DNA from: the human T2T-CHM13v2.0 reference genome, Homo sapiens
Direction: 5' to 3' (one strand)
NCBI RefSeq assembly: GCF_009914755.1
Contig: NC_060929.1
Length of the DNA stretch: 64,000 nucleotides
Shown here piece by piece: positions 33,626-49,111 of the stretch. Every line of letters begins with the position of its first letter. Within the stretch, counting starts at the first letter, position 1. Made by a program: the position numbers and the translations under genes. Below the pieces are notes generated by a model that was not told the DNA's origin, did not search any database, and saw only the letters and a list, made by a program, of their open reading frames with translations.

Positions 33626-34889
33626 GTCAGCTGCGTATTTTTGATCTTTTCACCAAGGCACAACTTTTTACTTTTCTTTATATCTTACTTTAATGTTACC
33701 ATTATTTTATTGTATTTAAATTTGAAGTTGCCTCAAAATCTCCAAGGGATGAGCTGGCATATAAATACGTAAACATGATGCAGAAATTTGCTGGCATACC
33801 TTATTTGCATTGCACCGTAAGAGGGAAGAACTGGGGAGACCCAGGGAAGAGCAAGAACTTACTCCTGTCTATTCACAAGGAGCTCACTGCCTGGTTGTGC
33901 CTCTGCAGCCAATGCAGCTGTCACTGTGGACATGGGGACATGGGTCAAGGGAGTGGGGCACATATTGCTGGGTATACACAGAGATAGGAAATGTTACTTT
34001 TGACTGGAGTGATTGGTGCAGACAGAGGGGAAGCCCTGAGCAGGGGAACATCTGTTAAGCCCTGAAGAGGAGTTCTGTCTTCCACTGGGCCTTTTTGGAT
34101 CAAAAGCATTGTACTTTCCATCACTCCCCTGACATGTAGCACATTTCAACTGCTTGATCAGGATAAAGAATAACTATTACTGAGCACCTGCCACATGCCA
34201 GACACCCTCCTAGGCACTTTGCATACATGATCTCAGTCTTCATAATAATATCTCCATGAAAGACGGCTTATCACAGTCACTCTAGTAGCAACTCAGCATC
34301 AAGGAACCCAGGTTCTCCCCGTGCCAGATGGAGGACACTCCTAGCCCATGGTTCCTGGGTCTCGCCTCATATCCTGGCAGCTGCACTACAGTCTTGTTTC
34401 TTGAGCTGGGGTCTACTGAGAGCCTATGTTGGTCATTTATGAAGGTGCATGTCCTGCCTCTGTGTGGAATGGGCCCAGCGGTTCCTGGGGCAGGTACTGC
34501 TCTACATGGAAGGCAGCCTGGCCCTCTCTGAGTCACTCCCTCTTGGAGAGAGTGCTCAGATTCAGAGGGGTGTGACAGGTGGTGGGCAATACTCCTAGGG
34601 CTATGCTGGCCCTCATCCTAGCCAGGTCATGTCCCTTTGGCTTAGATGTCAAAGTTTCACTCCCAGGAGAAACTCAGAAGCCCAGCCAGACCAAGACCAA
34701 CCAGGCTTTGCCCTAGAAGCAAAGCAGGCAGAAGAGGCAGATAGAGCATAGGGGGCCAGGACAGGGATCCCCCGTCAGCACAGCAGGAGTCACTGCTGTG
34801 TCATCTGTTTCACTGCCACATGGAAAGCTCATGGCAGCTGCAGGCCATAAAAGATCTGTGTAATCAGGGTTCTCTCCTAGCATTACTCA

Positions 34890-35252
<363 letters not shown>

Positions 35253-35457
35253 TTACCCATCTCCCCTCATGTCTCTACTGGACTCTCAGTTGAAGAACTG
35301 CTTTATAAGGCCAAGTCATGCCCCCAGTAATTTTTTTCTTGGAAGGTAGACCAGTATCCATAGAGCAAATAAGGCTTAAATCCTGGTGCACCACTTATTA
35401 TGTGCATGAATTTAAGCAATTGGCTTTAACTCTGAAGTCTCAGCTAATTATGTGTAA

Positions 35458-35782
<325 letters not shown>

Positions 35783-37462
35783 TGGAATATTAGTTTTTAT
35801 ATAACTGGTGTGAAGGGTCAAAGAGATAATATATGTAAACACTTAGCCTGGAACCTGTCTCAAAGTACCTACTCAAAAAAATGCTAGCTGTGAAGATGGT
35901 GATCCTGTTTAAGGAAGGGTGACTGCCTAAAAGAGAGCAGAAAGTAGGACTAAAAAGGAATTATTTCAATTTGTACCATCCATGCTGTCCACAGGAAGGC
36001 AAAGAGAGAGACCTACAAAGTCTCTGTCCCCAACATGCACTCTGCAAAGTTATATAACTGTTCTGGTCTGAGACCCATGCTTAGAGAGGGAGATTATCCA
36101 GGAACCCAGTAGTATAACTTCTCTTTTCTTAACAAGGTCATGAAGGTAGGAGAAAGCTCCTCTGGCCTCACAATTCTACAAGATTCTCACTTGATCCTGC
36201 GCCCTTTCTCTTTTCCAAAATCAAACCCTCTGCCACTGAATCTCTGCTTAAGAATAAAGCACCTTCTATTTATTTCCACATCACAATCACGGCCAAGGGG
36301 TTTAGAAACCAGTGCATAGCAGGAAGGTCATTAATGAGGTCAGAAAAGACCTGGAAATCATACTCATGATCCTCAAAGAAGTCAGGCCCTATCCTTGGAA
36401 ATGGGTTTATAGGCTGAGCAATGCTCTGGGTGGTTAGGGCAATTGTCTCCAACATGGGATGCAGGAGGCACAAAGTACTGGCTGTTTCTATCAGTCCAGG
36501 TTTTTAAATGGCCTCTTGAGAGGGACCCACTGAGGCAGATCTCTCAGTTATGAACAGTGAAGGGGAATGAGTGGGGTGGGATGGGAACAGATAGGTGGTA
36601 AAATGAGAAACCAGCCAACATAGTAATTTTGCTGCTTCTCTGGAATTAGCTCTTAATCCCTTAGCCTGTGCCTAGGGCATATAAACATGACTGAGAAAAT
36701 CTCTCTTAAAAGGCAAGCATGAATGACCTTTGAATTATCTGTTTTGTATCTTCCAGGCCACTTCTCTATAGCATGGGCAGATCCCCAACAAAAGGCAGAG
36801 CCATTGCCATTGGTCACATCTCCGCCCCAGGTGTAGTGAACCAAGGGCAGACTCTGTGGAAAGGGCCCAGAGCTCCGTGACAAGAGAAGGAGCTTTGTTC
36901 TTGGACTCCCATCTGGTGCCATCTCTGCTCACTGTGGCACTGAGCAGAGCAGAGGCCAATAGTCGCCTGCATGTCCTTTCCCAAAAAGCAGTGCCCGCAC
37001 CAAGCAGTCATGGGCCTTTCTGCTGTTCAGGGAAAGCACTGTGAGTTCAATGGGTGTGTGGACAGGTCTAGGGCTGCTGCCTGCAGGGGCAGCAGAACAG
37101 CGCCTGCTTTTCTTTCCTTGGTCCAAATGGACTGTGGACTGTGTCTGCCTGGGCTGATCTCTGGGCACAGCATGCTGCAGGAAGGCCTGTCTGTGTACCT
37201 CCAGAGCCAGCTCACTCCAACTGATTTCTCAGGGCTCAGGCATGGGTAAGTGTGCCCTGAGGTCTTGGAAATGATGAACTCTCCACTGCTTCCTGATGGG
37301 CCAATGTCTGTTTATTTACAGTTCAGAACTGTTGGAAAGGCTACACACACCTTGACCCCACATGGCCCCTCAGAAGAGCCACTGCTTGTCTCCTGAAATG
37401 CTCTCTCTGCTTCTCATGTTGGGGCTCTTATTTTGGAAATGTGGCATTCTCAGAAGGGATTA

Positions 37463-37858
<396 letters not shown>

Positions 37859-38075
37859 TTAAAATCTCATAGAAATTCAACCTTCTATAAGTTGCCAAGT
37901 CTTGGATCACGTCCCACCTTCCTCTACCCTGACCATGCCTGCTCTGGGCCATGAGGCAAATGCCTTTCCCCTTTTCTAAGTGGTGATAGTTTGAACTCTA
38001 ACTGCCACATAATGATATAAAAAGCAAATATTAAAGTGAGTTAATATGCTAATACTCCTCCCTTGTTTTGAACAG

Positions 38076-38247
38076 GAACAGAAATTCTTGGCAAGTCAGT
38101 TCGTATTATATTCTCTACATTAGGAGTGTGCACATTTTTTGCAGTTGGCTATATGCTGCTGCCACTGTTTGCTTACTTCATCAGAGACTGGCGGATGCTG
38201 CTGCTGGCGCTGACGGTGCCGGGAGTGCTGTGTGTCCCGCTGTGGTG
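38076..38247 (+). CDS. SLC22A4: SLC22A4 exon 4
   Basis: tttgaacag|GAACAG; (G)[16 protein letters not shown]...CVPLW(W); TG|gtgagt; 172 nt. Confidence 0.98.
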
Positions 38248-39802
38248 GTGAGTGTGACTCGTCCCCAGACAGGCCCTCTGCTGCGGGTCAGCACACCTGG
38301 AACACACCTGGAGCCTGATGCTGACCTAGCCTGGGCTTGCATGACCTCCACGGAACTCGCGGAGGCCAGCTTCCAAGCCGGGAGAGTTTTTGCCTCATTG
38401 TGGGTGGGCCTGTGTGCTGGAGTTTGAGTCTCCATTGTCCTAAAAAGCACATTCTCAGGATTCCAATCTCTTCCTTGATACCAGCCACTCCTGTCTGTTG
38501 CTACTTGTTATTTGTGGAGCTGGTGGTGTTGGATTTTGTTGTTTTTAACTCTGCCCCCTGCTCTTTCATCACTTTTCTCTCTCTAGAAAAATCTCACTCT
38601 ATCCAACTAATGTAATTCTTCAAGCTTCCCTATCATATAACGATTAGCATCTATGAAAGGGAAGCCTATTTATTAGCACTATGATAGTGTGCCTATTTAT
38701 CTGCTATGTCTCGAAGAGTGAGAAAATTACTTTTTATTTAATAAATTGTTAGAGAAATGTCCTCTTCTCTCCTCCCACAACCTCCCAACTCAGTTTTAAC
38801 ACAACAGTTATAGGAATAACAAAGTTTGAAGATTCTGGCCTCAGTCTTGCCCAATATGACTATCTGGGGGATTTCAGGTGAAAGAATAAATTAAAAATCA
38901 TAGAACAAGGTGTCAGACATACCCTCTTTTTGGAGATTTCCTGTTCCTTTGCTTTTTCATATTTAAGCAAGAGAAAAGGAGATTCCTTCCATTGGTGGGT
39001 CTGGTTCTGTCTCTCTCTCATTCTCTTTCTCTCTCATTAATTCTTCTTTGTTTGATTTCATTATATCAAAGTCAAATCTTCCAGCACTGACTGGTTTCAC
39101 CGAACTGCATAACTTCTACCTGCTTACACATAACACAAGCTTCTTTGACCATTTTTTGGAACTCACAATTTAGACTAGACCTCATGGTTGCCCTGTCCTT
39201 TGGATACCTCCTGACTGGGAAGCTGTCTAGGCCTTTATCTTACTGCAGCTGTTAGGCAGTCATAGAGGTTGACAGGCAGGCCACCTGTCTGACGAGATAG
39301 CGCAGGTCAGGTGGGCTCACTCTAAGCCCCTGTATTCTCATGACCTGTAAGAGTGCTGTGATTTACTAGTGTAAATTATTGGCATGAAGTGTGCAGGGGG
39401 AGTTGACAGTTTGTTAAAGGTTATGTATTATTCTGATTTGCAACATTCCTCTGGAACCCTGTCTGAGGACCGGGAAACCCGGCCTGAGGAGCAGTGAATA
39501 AGGGCTGGCCATTATCTACATAGCTGTGCCTCCAAGGAAAGCATCCCAGACTTACAAGAGCAGAGCAATTTTCTGAATGAGAGTAATTATCATCATCATC
39601 ATCTGTCCTTCTCTCCACAACTCCCTTGCTAGCTGAATTTATTGGAAAAGATGTTAGTGACTAAGGTTCTCTCAAGACACATGACAAGATTATTCAAAGG
39701 TTCTTTTCTGCCTCTTCAGCTGAATGGTTTTAATAAACTATGTTCTCTGGCTCTAGTTGTCATTTTGACCTAAGAGACCAGTACTTTCAAAATGTTATAA
39801 TT

Positions 39803-40091
39803 AGCCAGGTATGGTGATTCACACCTGTAATCCCAGCACTTTGGGAGGCCAAGGTGGGAGGATCACTTTAGCCCAGCAGTTCAAAACCAGCCTGGGCAAC
39901 ATGGCAAAACCCTGTCTGTACTAAAAATAAAAAATTAGCTGGGTGCAGTGGTGAGCGCCTGTAGTCCCAGCTACTTAGGAGGCAGAGGTGGGAGGGTCCC
40001 TTGAGCCTGGGAGTTCAAGATTACAGTGCGCTATATGATCATGCCACTGCACTCCAGCCCAGATAGAATGAGATGCTGTCTCAAAAAAAAA
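39803..40091 (+). mobile_element. AluJ
   Basis: Diverged Alu; TSD-like gttataat. Confidence 0.9.
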
Positions 40092-41139
40092 GTTATAATC
40101 AATCTGATTAAGGTATGATTCTATCAGAGAGAAAGAGAGAGAGAGAATAACAATATAAAGCCTCTGATGGGCTGTACAGAGATTAGTAGGGATGGGATCT
40201 TTGCCTCGGGACCATATGTCACAGCGAGGAACGAACAGCTCTGATCCATTAGCCCTCCAGAGTCAGCCTCCAGAGTTTCCAGCAGAGAAGGTCCATCCCA
40301 CAGGGAGCCTGCTCACTGTGCCCTAAGGAGAGCTTTTTCTTCTATTCCCCAGGAGCTGGTCCATGAATGCTCCTGGCTGTGGGCATACTGTACCAGGGAC
40401 AGGACTTGCCCCAGACAGAGGCCAGCCTGGGACCAGCACTGACAAGCTGAGTGCTCCCCCTGAACATTTACCAGTGGTCTTACCATTTTCCTATAAAAGA
40501 AAATAGCTTTCTTCTGAACATCCCATCCTTGCAGGTGGGTCTTCCCAAAGGGATGCTCATCAGTCTAGTGGTTGGGGTATGGAGGGATGCTTAGAGCTGA
40601 CATGGACCCTGCCGCCTGCTCAGTATGAGACAAGCTCTCCAGCAACACCTCACTGCTGTTTAGTCTGAATTCAATCTACAGAGAGATTATAGTGTGCTAC
40701 CTCATTTGGCACTCCATTGACTTTTGAAATGATCAGCTAGATTTGAGATTATGTGCACCAAAAAAAAATCAAAGCAATTCAAAACTAGAGATACCAGTGG
40801 CCCTGAGTACAGTGGGCTAGAAATGGGAGGTAAACCTACATAGAGGCACTGCTGGTGGTTTGGGGGACTTTTTATGTCCCAAGTTTCCTTTAAAAGGCTT
40901 GGCAGTAAGTGGCCACAGGTGTGAATGGAGTATGTGTATAGGCGGTGGGGATGGGGTAGGGAAGCAGGCCATAGATGCAATGTGAGGAAAGCTATGCAAT
41001 TTCTAGCTGATTAAACATTAAGAATCTGAGGCCAGTGGTCTGTAGAAAAAAAGGTAGGATATTTCTAAGCATAATCTGGTTGGAGAAAGATACTGGCCCC
41101 ATCCATGAGGTATATCGTGGCTGTGTAGTAAGATCTCTA

Positions 41140-41322
41140 ATTCTGCACTAATATAGTAGCCACCAGCCACATGCAGCTATTTAAGTTAAAATTAATTAAA
41201 AGTAAATAAAATTGAATTTTCATTTCTTCAATCACACTAGCTCAATAGCTACATGTGGTTAGTGGGTGCTGTCTTAGTACAGATACAGAACATTTCAGAA
41301 GTTTCTATCGGACAGCACAGTT
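41140..41322. mobile_element. MER3-like hAT MITE
   Basis: atagtagccaccagccacatg...tttctatcggacagcac; second copy in opposite orientation at ~50322-50535. Confidence 0.7.
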
Positions 41323-41564
41323 CTAATTACTGAGAGTCAGTGACCTAACATTATTGTAGTTCCTATAGGGACCCACTAAAGGCATATTCTGAAAAATGCA
41401 AACTAGGCTCATTTTTCAACTCATGTGCTATTAAGCTGGAGAGGGGACCTGCTGGTTGGTCATTTGTTTTGCTCTGAGCTAATTCCTAGTGTGGGTTTGG
41501 GGCCAATTAACTACACAGGACTCTGTGTCTGCTACTTATAATTTGTTGTCTAGGCTAAGTAAGT

Positions 41565-42394
41565 ACAGATGCTCTTTGACTTATAATGGGGTTACATCCC
41601 AATAAGCCCATTGTAAATTGAGAATATTCTAGGTCAATACACCTAACCTACTGAGGTAGGAGGCCAGACACGACTCCAGAGGCAGGGCTTGGACACTGGA
41701 CCAAATTGAGGACCAGCTAAAACACAGCCAGGGCAGAAGACGCTTTCCATAAGACACGCCCACCCGTGTGCCATGTCAGTTTACTGTTGCCATGACAACA
41801 CTCAGGCTTTATTGCCCCTTTCCATGGCAATGACCCAATGACCCAAAAATTACTACCCTTTCCCTAGAAATTTCTGCATAAACTGACCTTTCATCTACAT
41901 GTAATTAAAAGTAGTTATAAATATGAGTGCAAAACTGTCCTGAGCTGCTACTCTCTGCCTGTGGGGCAGCCCTGCTCTGCAGGAGCAGTCACGGAGCTGT
42001 AACATTGCCTCTTCAATAAAGCTGTTTTCTTCCACCTCCAGTTTGCCCTTGAATTCTTTCCTGGGCAAAGCCAAGAACCCTCATGGGCCAAACCCCACTC
42101 TGGAGCTTGCCTGCCCTGCATCCCTACCAAATATCATAGCTCAGCCTGACCTACCTTAAACATGCTCAGAACACTTACATTAGCCTACAATTGGGCAAAA
42201 TTTTCTAACACAAAACCTATTTTATAATTAAGTGTTGAATATTTCATGTAATTTATTAAATACTGTACTGAAAGTGAACAACAGAATGGCTGTATGTATG
42301 AGCACTCAAAGTAAGGTTTCTACTCAATGCATATCATTTTTCTCCTATAGTAGAAAAATCATAAGTCGAACCATCATAAGTTAGGGACCATCTG
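41565..42394. mobile_element. Tc1/mariner Tigger-type MITE (MER47A-like) interrupted by an LTR
   Basis: TA|cagatgctc...accatctg|TA termini and TA target sites. Confidence 0.8.
41652..42123 (+). mobile_element. ERV1 solo LTR (MER66B-like)
   Basis: tgaggtaggagg start, TATA-like tataaat and AATAAA, TSD (c)ctac on both sides. Confidence 0.75.
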
Positions 42395-43168
42395 TACTGA
42401 CAATAGGTAAGGAAAATGAGAGCTGACAGGAGAATGGCTAAAAGATTTTGAGAAATAAAAATTTAGAAAGAATAGAAGCCCTATTATTTGCAACTGTGTT
42501 TGAGCATCAGCTATAAATGGGAATAGACTATGTAATTTAAAACAATAAGCTTTTTTAGACATTAACAAAAAGACAACATTGGGGCTCATCTCCCAAAAGC
42601 TGGTTTGGGCACTCGCTGATCTGGGAATCTGTTGAAAGCCATGGGGGCCCCACACAGGCGGGTGTCAGTGCCCTCACTTTCTCTTTTGACTAAAGGAAAC
42701 GATCAAGAACACAGGTGCCCTGGCCATCCTTTTCCCAATAAACTGTGAACATCACCAGCTGGGACACCAGCAATTCTCCTTAGGATGGACCCACTGCAAA
42801 GACAGTCTCTTCTCTAGGGGAACTTATAGTCTAGTAGCTATGTTTCTTTTATGAGCCACACTACCTATAAGTTTTGGATGAACTTCTCCAGAGCCCTGGC
42901 TCAAACATGCCCATAGTTAATGTCACCCCTTATGGTCTGGTCCTGGTCTCAAGCACAACTGATGATCGGTCTTATAATTTGATCAGAAGTTTGAAACTTG
43001 AAGGTGGTTTTATTTATTCCTATGCTCCAATAGAAATCTTATGTGGACTCCCTTTAAAAAGACAAACTAGAATTTTACAAAATTAAAACTATTTGGGGGA
43101 AACTCAGATTTAATAGTATCCAGCCCTGCTGTTGTGAAAAATTATTAAATATTAAAAATAAATTATAG

Positions 43169-43295
43169 GTTCATTCCTGAATCTCCCCGATGGCTGATAT
43201 CCCAGAGAAGATTTAGAGAGGCTGAAGATATCATCCAAAAAGCTGCAAAAATGAACAACATAGCTGTACCAGCAGTGATATTTGATTCTGTGGAG
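43169..43295 (+). CDS. SLC22A4: SLC22A4 exon 5
   Basis: attatag|GTTCATT; [42 protein letters not shown] (SLC22 PESPRWL motif); GAG|gtaagc; 127 nt. Confidence 0.98.
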
Positions 43296-44715
43296 GTAAG
43301 CATTTGCAGATGTTTCCTCTTGAGATCAGCTATGCATTCTTGATTTTATGGAATTTAACTTAATTCAATATTTGTTAAGTGCCCACTATGTACCAGGCAT
43401 TGCACTAGGCCTTAGGAACACAATCATGATTAAATTCTAAGATAAAATCCACCTTAAAGGGCTGTTTATAAGAATTAAATGCAATAATATATGTAAACTG
43501 CTTAGCAAATAGCAAGCGTTCATTAAATATTAGTTTGCTTTATTTTGCAAGTTTATCATCAACTTTCTATTGGCATTGCTCCAAACCACTGACACAGCTA
43601 TGTACTGATGATTTTTAAATGTCCAGATTAAGTGGAAAAATATGTTTCAGGGCTAGTCCACCCTGGGTTCTCCACTGTACCCTGAATCTTACCACAGACT
43701 GCTGAGGAAGCTATGCATGTCTTTAGTCTCACTCTGTGTCATGTCTAGAACCTTAAGGCCTGAAAGCACAGGCTTGAGGATTCACCCTTGAAAGCTGGTG
43801 GCCACAAGGAAAAGCTGATATTCTGTGGAAGCAGCCACACCTCCTGACAGTTCGTGAGGATATGCAGTGTGCCATGCCCTGTGCTGGCTCCTAGAGGAAA
43901 TAAGAAAAGACACAGCCCAAATTCTAAAGGAACATAGAATGTAACTAAGATTGGCAAGAGGATTAGATAAAAAGATAAAGAATGGCATAAGGGAGGAAAT
44001 GGTAAGTATCCAAGTAGAGACACTGTGTGCCAGCAATACAGAGAAAGATAGCAGGGTGGCCCATGGCTGGAGGCAGGTCCAAGCCAGGGAGGACAGCAGG
44101 ACTCACTTAAATGAGTGGAGAGGATGGGGCAGGGCATTCCTGTCTAGGAGATAGGTAGGAGTCTGCTCAGGACACCTAAAAAAGACTGTGGTGGCTTCAG
44201 TAACATTATACATGCCCTGCACCAAAGCATGTAGTACAGAAAGCAGAACTCTGTAGAGGACGGTGGGCATGCCACTGCTCACCCCCACGGCTTCCCCAGT
44301 CCCTGGCCTTCAGGACCTTTTCCAGAAGCAGATACTCTGGCTATGGCTAGAGGCTTAGACTGGCCATGAACTCAAGCTCTCAGAGGGCTGCCAGGACAAA
44401 ACATCCCTTAATCCTTTGCCCTTCAAATCAAGAAGTCCATTTCAAGTCTCAGTCAATTTAAATGGATAAAACAACAACAACAACAACAACAACAACATTG
44501 GGAGTGTCTAACACTTCTGCCCTTCAGGGCTGTGCTGGGGTGTTTATCGGTATTTATCAGCTAGGTGGCCTGATTCCTATCTGTGAAACTTAGAGTCTAG
44601 TTGTAGGGATCTACCTATGTGGATGACAGCAATCATAAAATAGATATGAGATATATAGTTATGGACAAATAAGAATATAGTTCAGTGTTAAAACACATGG
44701 TTCTGGCAGTGCCTT

Positions 44716-44763
<48 letters not shown>

Positions 44764-44789
44764 TATATAAATGTGTATATATATGTGTG

Positions 44790-44836
<47 letters not shown>
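44716..44836. repeat. Compound (TA)n/(CA)n/(TG)n microsatellite
   Basis: Directly visible alternating purine-pyrimidine tract. Confidence 0.95.
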
Positions 44837-44837
<1 letters not shown>

Positions 44838-44847
44838 TTAAAAAAAT

Positions 44848-45134
44848 TTTGAGTCTCACTGTTTTGCTCAGGCTAGAGTGCAGTGGTACAATTACAGCTC
44901 AATGTAGCCTCGACCTCGACCTTCTGGGCTCAAGCAATCCTCCCACCTCAACCTCCCAAGCTGGGACTACAGGCACTTGCCACCAAACCCAGCTAACATT
45001 TTGTATTTTTTTTTGTAGAGACAGGGTTTCACTATGTTGCCCAGGCTGGTCTCAAACTCCTGGGCTCAAGCAATCCTCCTACCTCAGCCTCCCATAATGC
45101 TAGGATTACAGATGTGAGCCATCATTCTCAGCCT
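44848..45134 (-). mobile_element. AluJ
   Basis: Diverged reverse Alu. Confidence 0.9.
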
Positions 45135-46315
45135 GACAGTGCCTTCTTTCTTCCTGCCATGATGCACATCTAGCCTGAACTGGACAAACCCATTAAGGGA
45201 AAGGGGGCTTGCGCTTTCCTGAGGCCTGGTCATCTCCCCTGCTCACCTCCCGTAGGATCCTCTTTAGGAGGATCTGCAGAGCCCTGTGCCAGCAAATGCA
45301 CCCTATTTAGAATGATATTGAAGAGCCTACCAAATGCCAGGCACTGTGTTCTGCTCATTGCTCATGCTTTTTTTTTTTTTCAAAAAAAGAAACTAAGGCA
45401 CAGCGAAGTTAAGTAACTTGCCCAGGATCACACAGATGTTAAACTGGGATTTGTGACCTAGTTCTCCCAGGCACCAAAGTACATGCTCTTAACAACTGTG
45501 ATTTTTCACTTCATGTTACAGGCAGTAGCATTAACTTGGATAGGAAAAGATATAGAGTAGAGTATTGTCTTAGAAAGCAATCTCAAGCATCCTTGGCTTC
45601 AGAAGAAGCACCTTCAACCTGCTTCTGGTACCTGATCCAAAGACATTTTGGTGGCTCCACCCAGGCCAGGGACAACCACTGGATACAAGCATATTCTTGT
45701 TCTGAGGTTTCCAATCCTGGCTGCTCATCACAATCACCCAAGTGCTTTAAGAATACAGATTCTCAGGCCTCTGTTTAAAAGAGTCGAAGTAGGCAAGCCC
45801 AGGGAGGAACCTGGCAACCTGCATTTAAGAAGGGCCCCGTGGAACCACCAAGTATTAGCACAGGACTGGTCCACAGGTCCTGTCTGTGTGCACCACCCTG
45901 GAACCCTCCAAGAAGATGTCTGGTTCCCACTAGTTTATGCAGTGGCTTTGCTTTGTTATAATACCAGGGTTATTCTGCTGGGGGCATGTTCTGGGGCTCT
46001 ACAATCCAAATAGTGCAAGAGAGAAAAGGCAATGTGGCTGTGAGCTGTGTAAGTGTCTGATCATTCCTAGAAAAAAGGACACTCACATTTGGAGAGGACC
46101 TGCTGTGAAGGCAGGCCTGGCACTCCCACTTCTTCATAATAAAAACTCCTCCATCAGTCTCTTACTGCGCATGCACTGTAGGGCCACAAAGTCACAAAGT
46201 CCTGGTACTTCATCCCTGAGAGATTCCCCACCTCAGAGCCTAATAACTTTTATGTTAGTTTCAATTCTAATCAGCTTGGTTACCTTGATTCATAACTCAT
46301 AGCAAGTTAATATCA

Positions 46316-46709
<394 letters not shown>

Positions 46710-46961
46710 CTAGCCTCTTTTCCTCAATGATACAGTAATAATAATAATAGTTTAAATTTACTGGACATTTACCATGGTTCAAGCACTGTGCTAAGCTATA
46801 TATATATGATCTCATTTAATCTCTCAACTCCCAATTAATATACCCATTTTATATAGCAGTAAGCTGAAGTTCAGAGAGGATCGTTACTTGCCCAAGGCCC
46901 GCCAGTAAACTGAAGTCTGTTCTGATGCTAAATGACTACAACAAGAGAAGTGTAAAAAGCA

Positions 46962-47275
<314 letters not shown>

Positions 47276-47649
47276 TCAAGGAAGGGACTACATGGCCCTA
47301 CCCTTCAATAGGCAGTCCTGAGGATCACAGATCAGTGTGGTAAATGACATCCATTCTCTGACTGTCAGTCAGAGAAAGGCTATGTTAGCCAACAGGCTTT
47401 GTCTAACGAGACAGGGAAGGGGGTGTTATATATTTAAAAGGCTTCTGTGTAAAATGGACTACAAACATTTTAAAGTGTCAGAGTAAGTGTCATATATGTA
47501 GATGCCCTATTGCCTCCAATCACCAGACTTCTAAGCATAGTCAAGGTGAAGTGGGAGTTGCATGCATAAGTTTTCCCCATGCATCATAGCCAAAGATACT
47601 TCCTTACTACCTCTTAATCTCATGGTTATTTGCATTATTTTGGTTACAG

Positions 47650-47744
47650 GAGCTAAATCCCCTGAAGCAGCAGAAAGCTTTCATTCTGGACCTGTTCAGG
47701 ACTCGGAATATTGCCATAATGACCATTATGTCTTTGCTGCTATG
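47650..47744 (+). CDS. SLC22A4: SLC22A4 exon 6
   Basis: ggttacag|GAGCTA; [31 protein letters not shown](W); TG|gtaagt; 95 nt. Confidence 0.98.
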
Positions 47745-47927
47745 GTAAGTAATAAGTGACCTGGAAATGCAGATATCCAGCACATAAGTATGCAACTGAT
47801 TTTCTTAACTCAGAGGAACATTATGACAACGACTGGGTTTTCCTGAGGAAAAATTAAGATTATAAAATTCTAAATTATTTTGAAATGCCTCTATTCAGTT
47901 CATGGGACTAGATATTGAAAAATGTCA

Positions 47928-48284
<357 letters not shown>

Positions 48285-48621
48285 CTAAAGTTATGGGATT
48301 GAGATCATTGATGTCCCTGGGTAATGGTTCCCTCCCCACCAAAAATTATGAGATTAAGACTAATGATGTCCGTGTTGCCTGAGGCAGAGATGCTAATTCA
48401 GCTCCTGCTTCCTGAAGCTGACCTGGCAATTGAACACTGAGGCTAGAATAACCTAGATCCCCATTGCCTGGATTGGAGCCTTGATCAGCTTTTTACACGT
48501 GCCAATAGCAAACTAACAAGTGGCTTTCAGGCGCAGAAATACTGAATTGGCTTTATAGATTAGATTTAATAATTTATCTGCCAAGAAAAAAGGAAAAAAG
48601 AAAATTCCTACTCTATGATGG

Positions 48622-48624
<3 letters not shown>

Positions 48625-48661
<37 letters not shown>
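48625..48661. repeat. (CA)n microsatellite
   Basis: Directly visible. Confidence 0.95.
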
Positions 48662-48663
<2 letters not shown>

Positions 48664-49111
48664 TGATCGTCAGAACTGGTAGATTTAGGCTGCAGCTAAT
48701 CTAAGTTTATTTTTAAGGGCCATCCTACTTGGCAATTAGAAGAGATCAATGACAGAGCTTATGCGTCTGAATTAAGCAAGTGTGTCCTAGGTACATGGGC
48801 TTCTTAGTTCTTACATTTCAGCCTATATCCCTGATGCAAATGTTCTTGGGTAGTGGTGCTACTAAGCTAATAAAAAATTAGTCACTAGTTCTATCTAAAC
48901 TACTCCTATTACTAAATGGGAAAATCACTAAGATCCCTTGAGCATACTTATTTGTTGTGTTTATGAATTAGTCCTTGTATTATCTAATTTGGGTCTAGTA
49001 TGTGTAAAAAGATCCACTAGTGTTCCTGAAGTCATTTTTCAGATATCCTCTGCTTCTCAGTCATGTTAATAATAAGCAAATTTCTACACAGGGGTGTCTG
49101 CATAGTGCAGT

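Noticed and set aside
36561-36585. G-quadruplex-like ggggaatgagtggggtgggatggg
   Set aside because: Such motifs are common in human introns; no supporting context.
44716-44836. Z-DNA-prone compound microsatellite and its IYIY/CVCV ORFs
   Set aside because: Ordinary Alu-tail-associated microsatellite.
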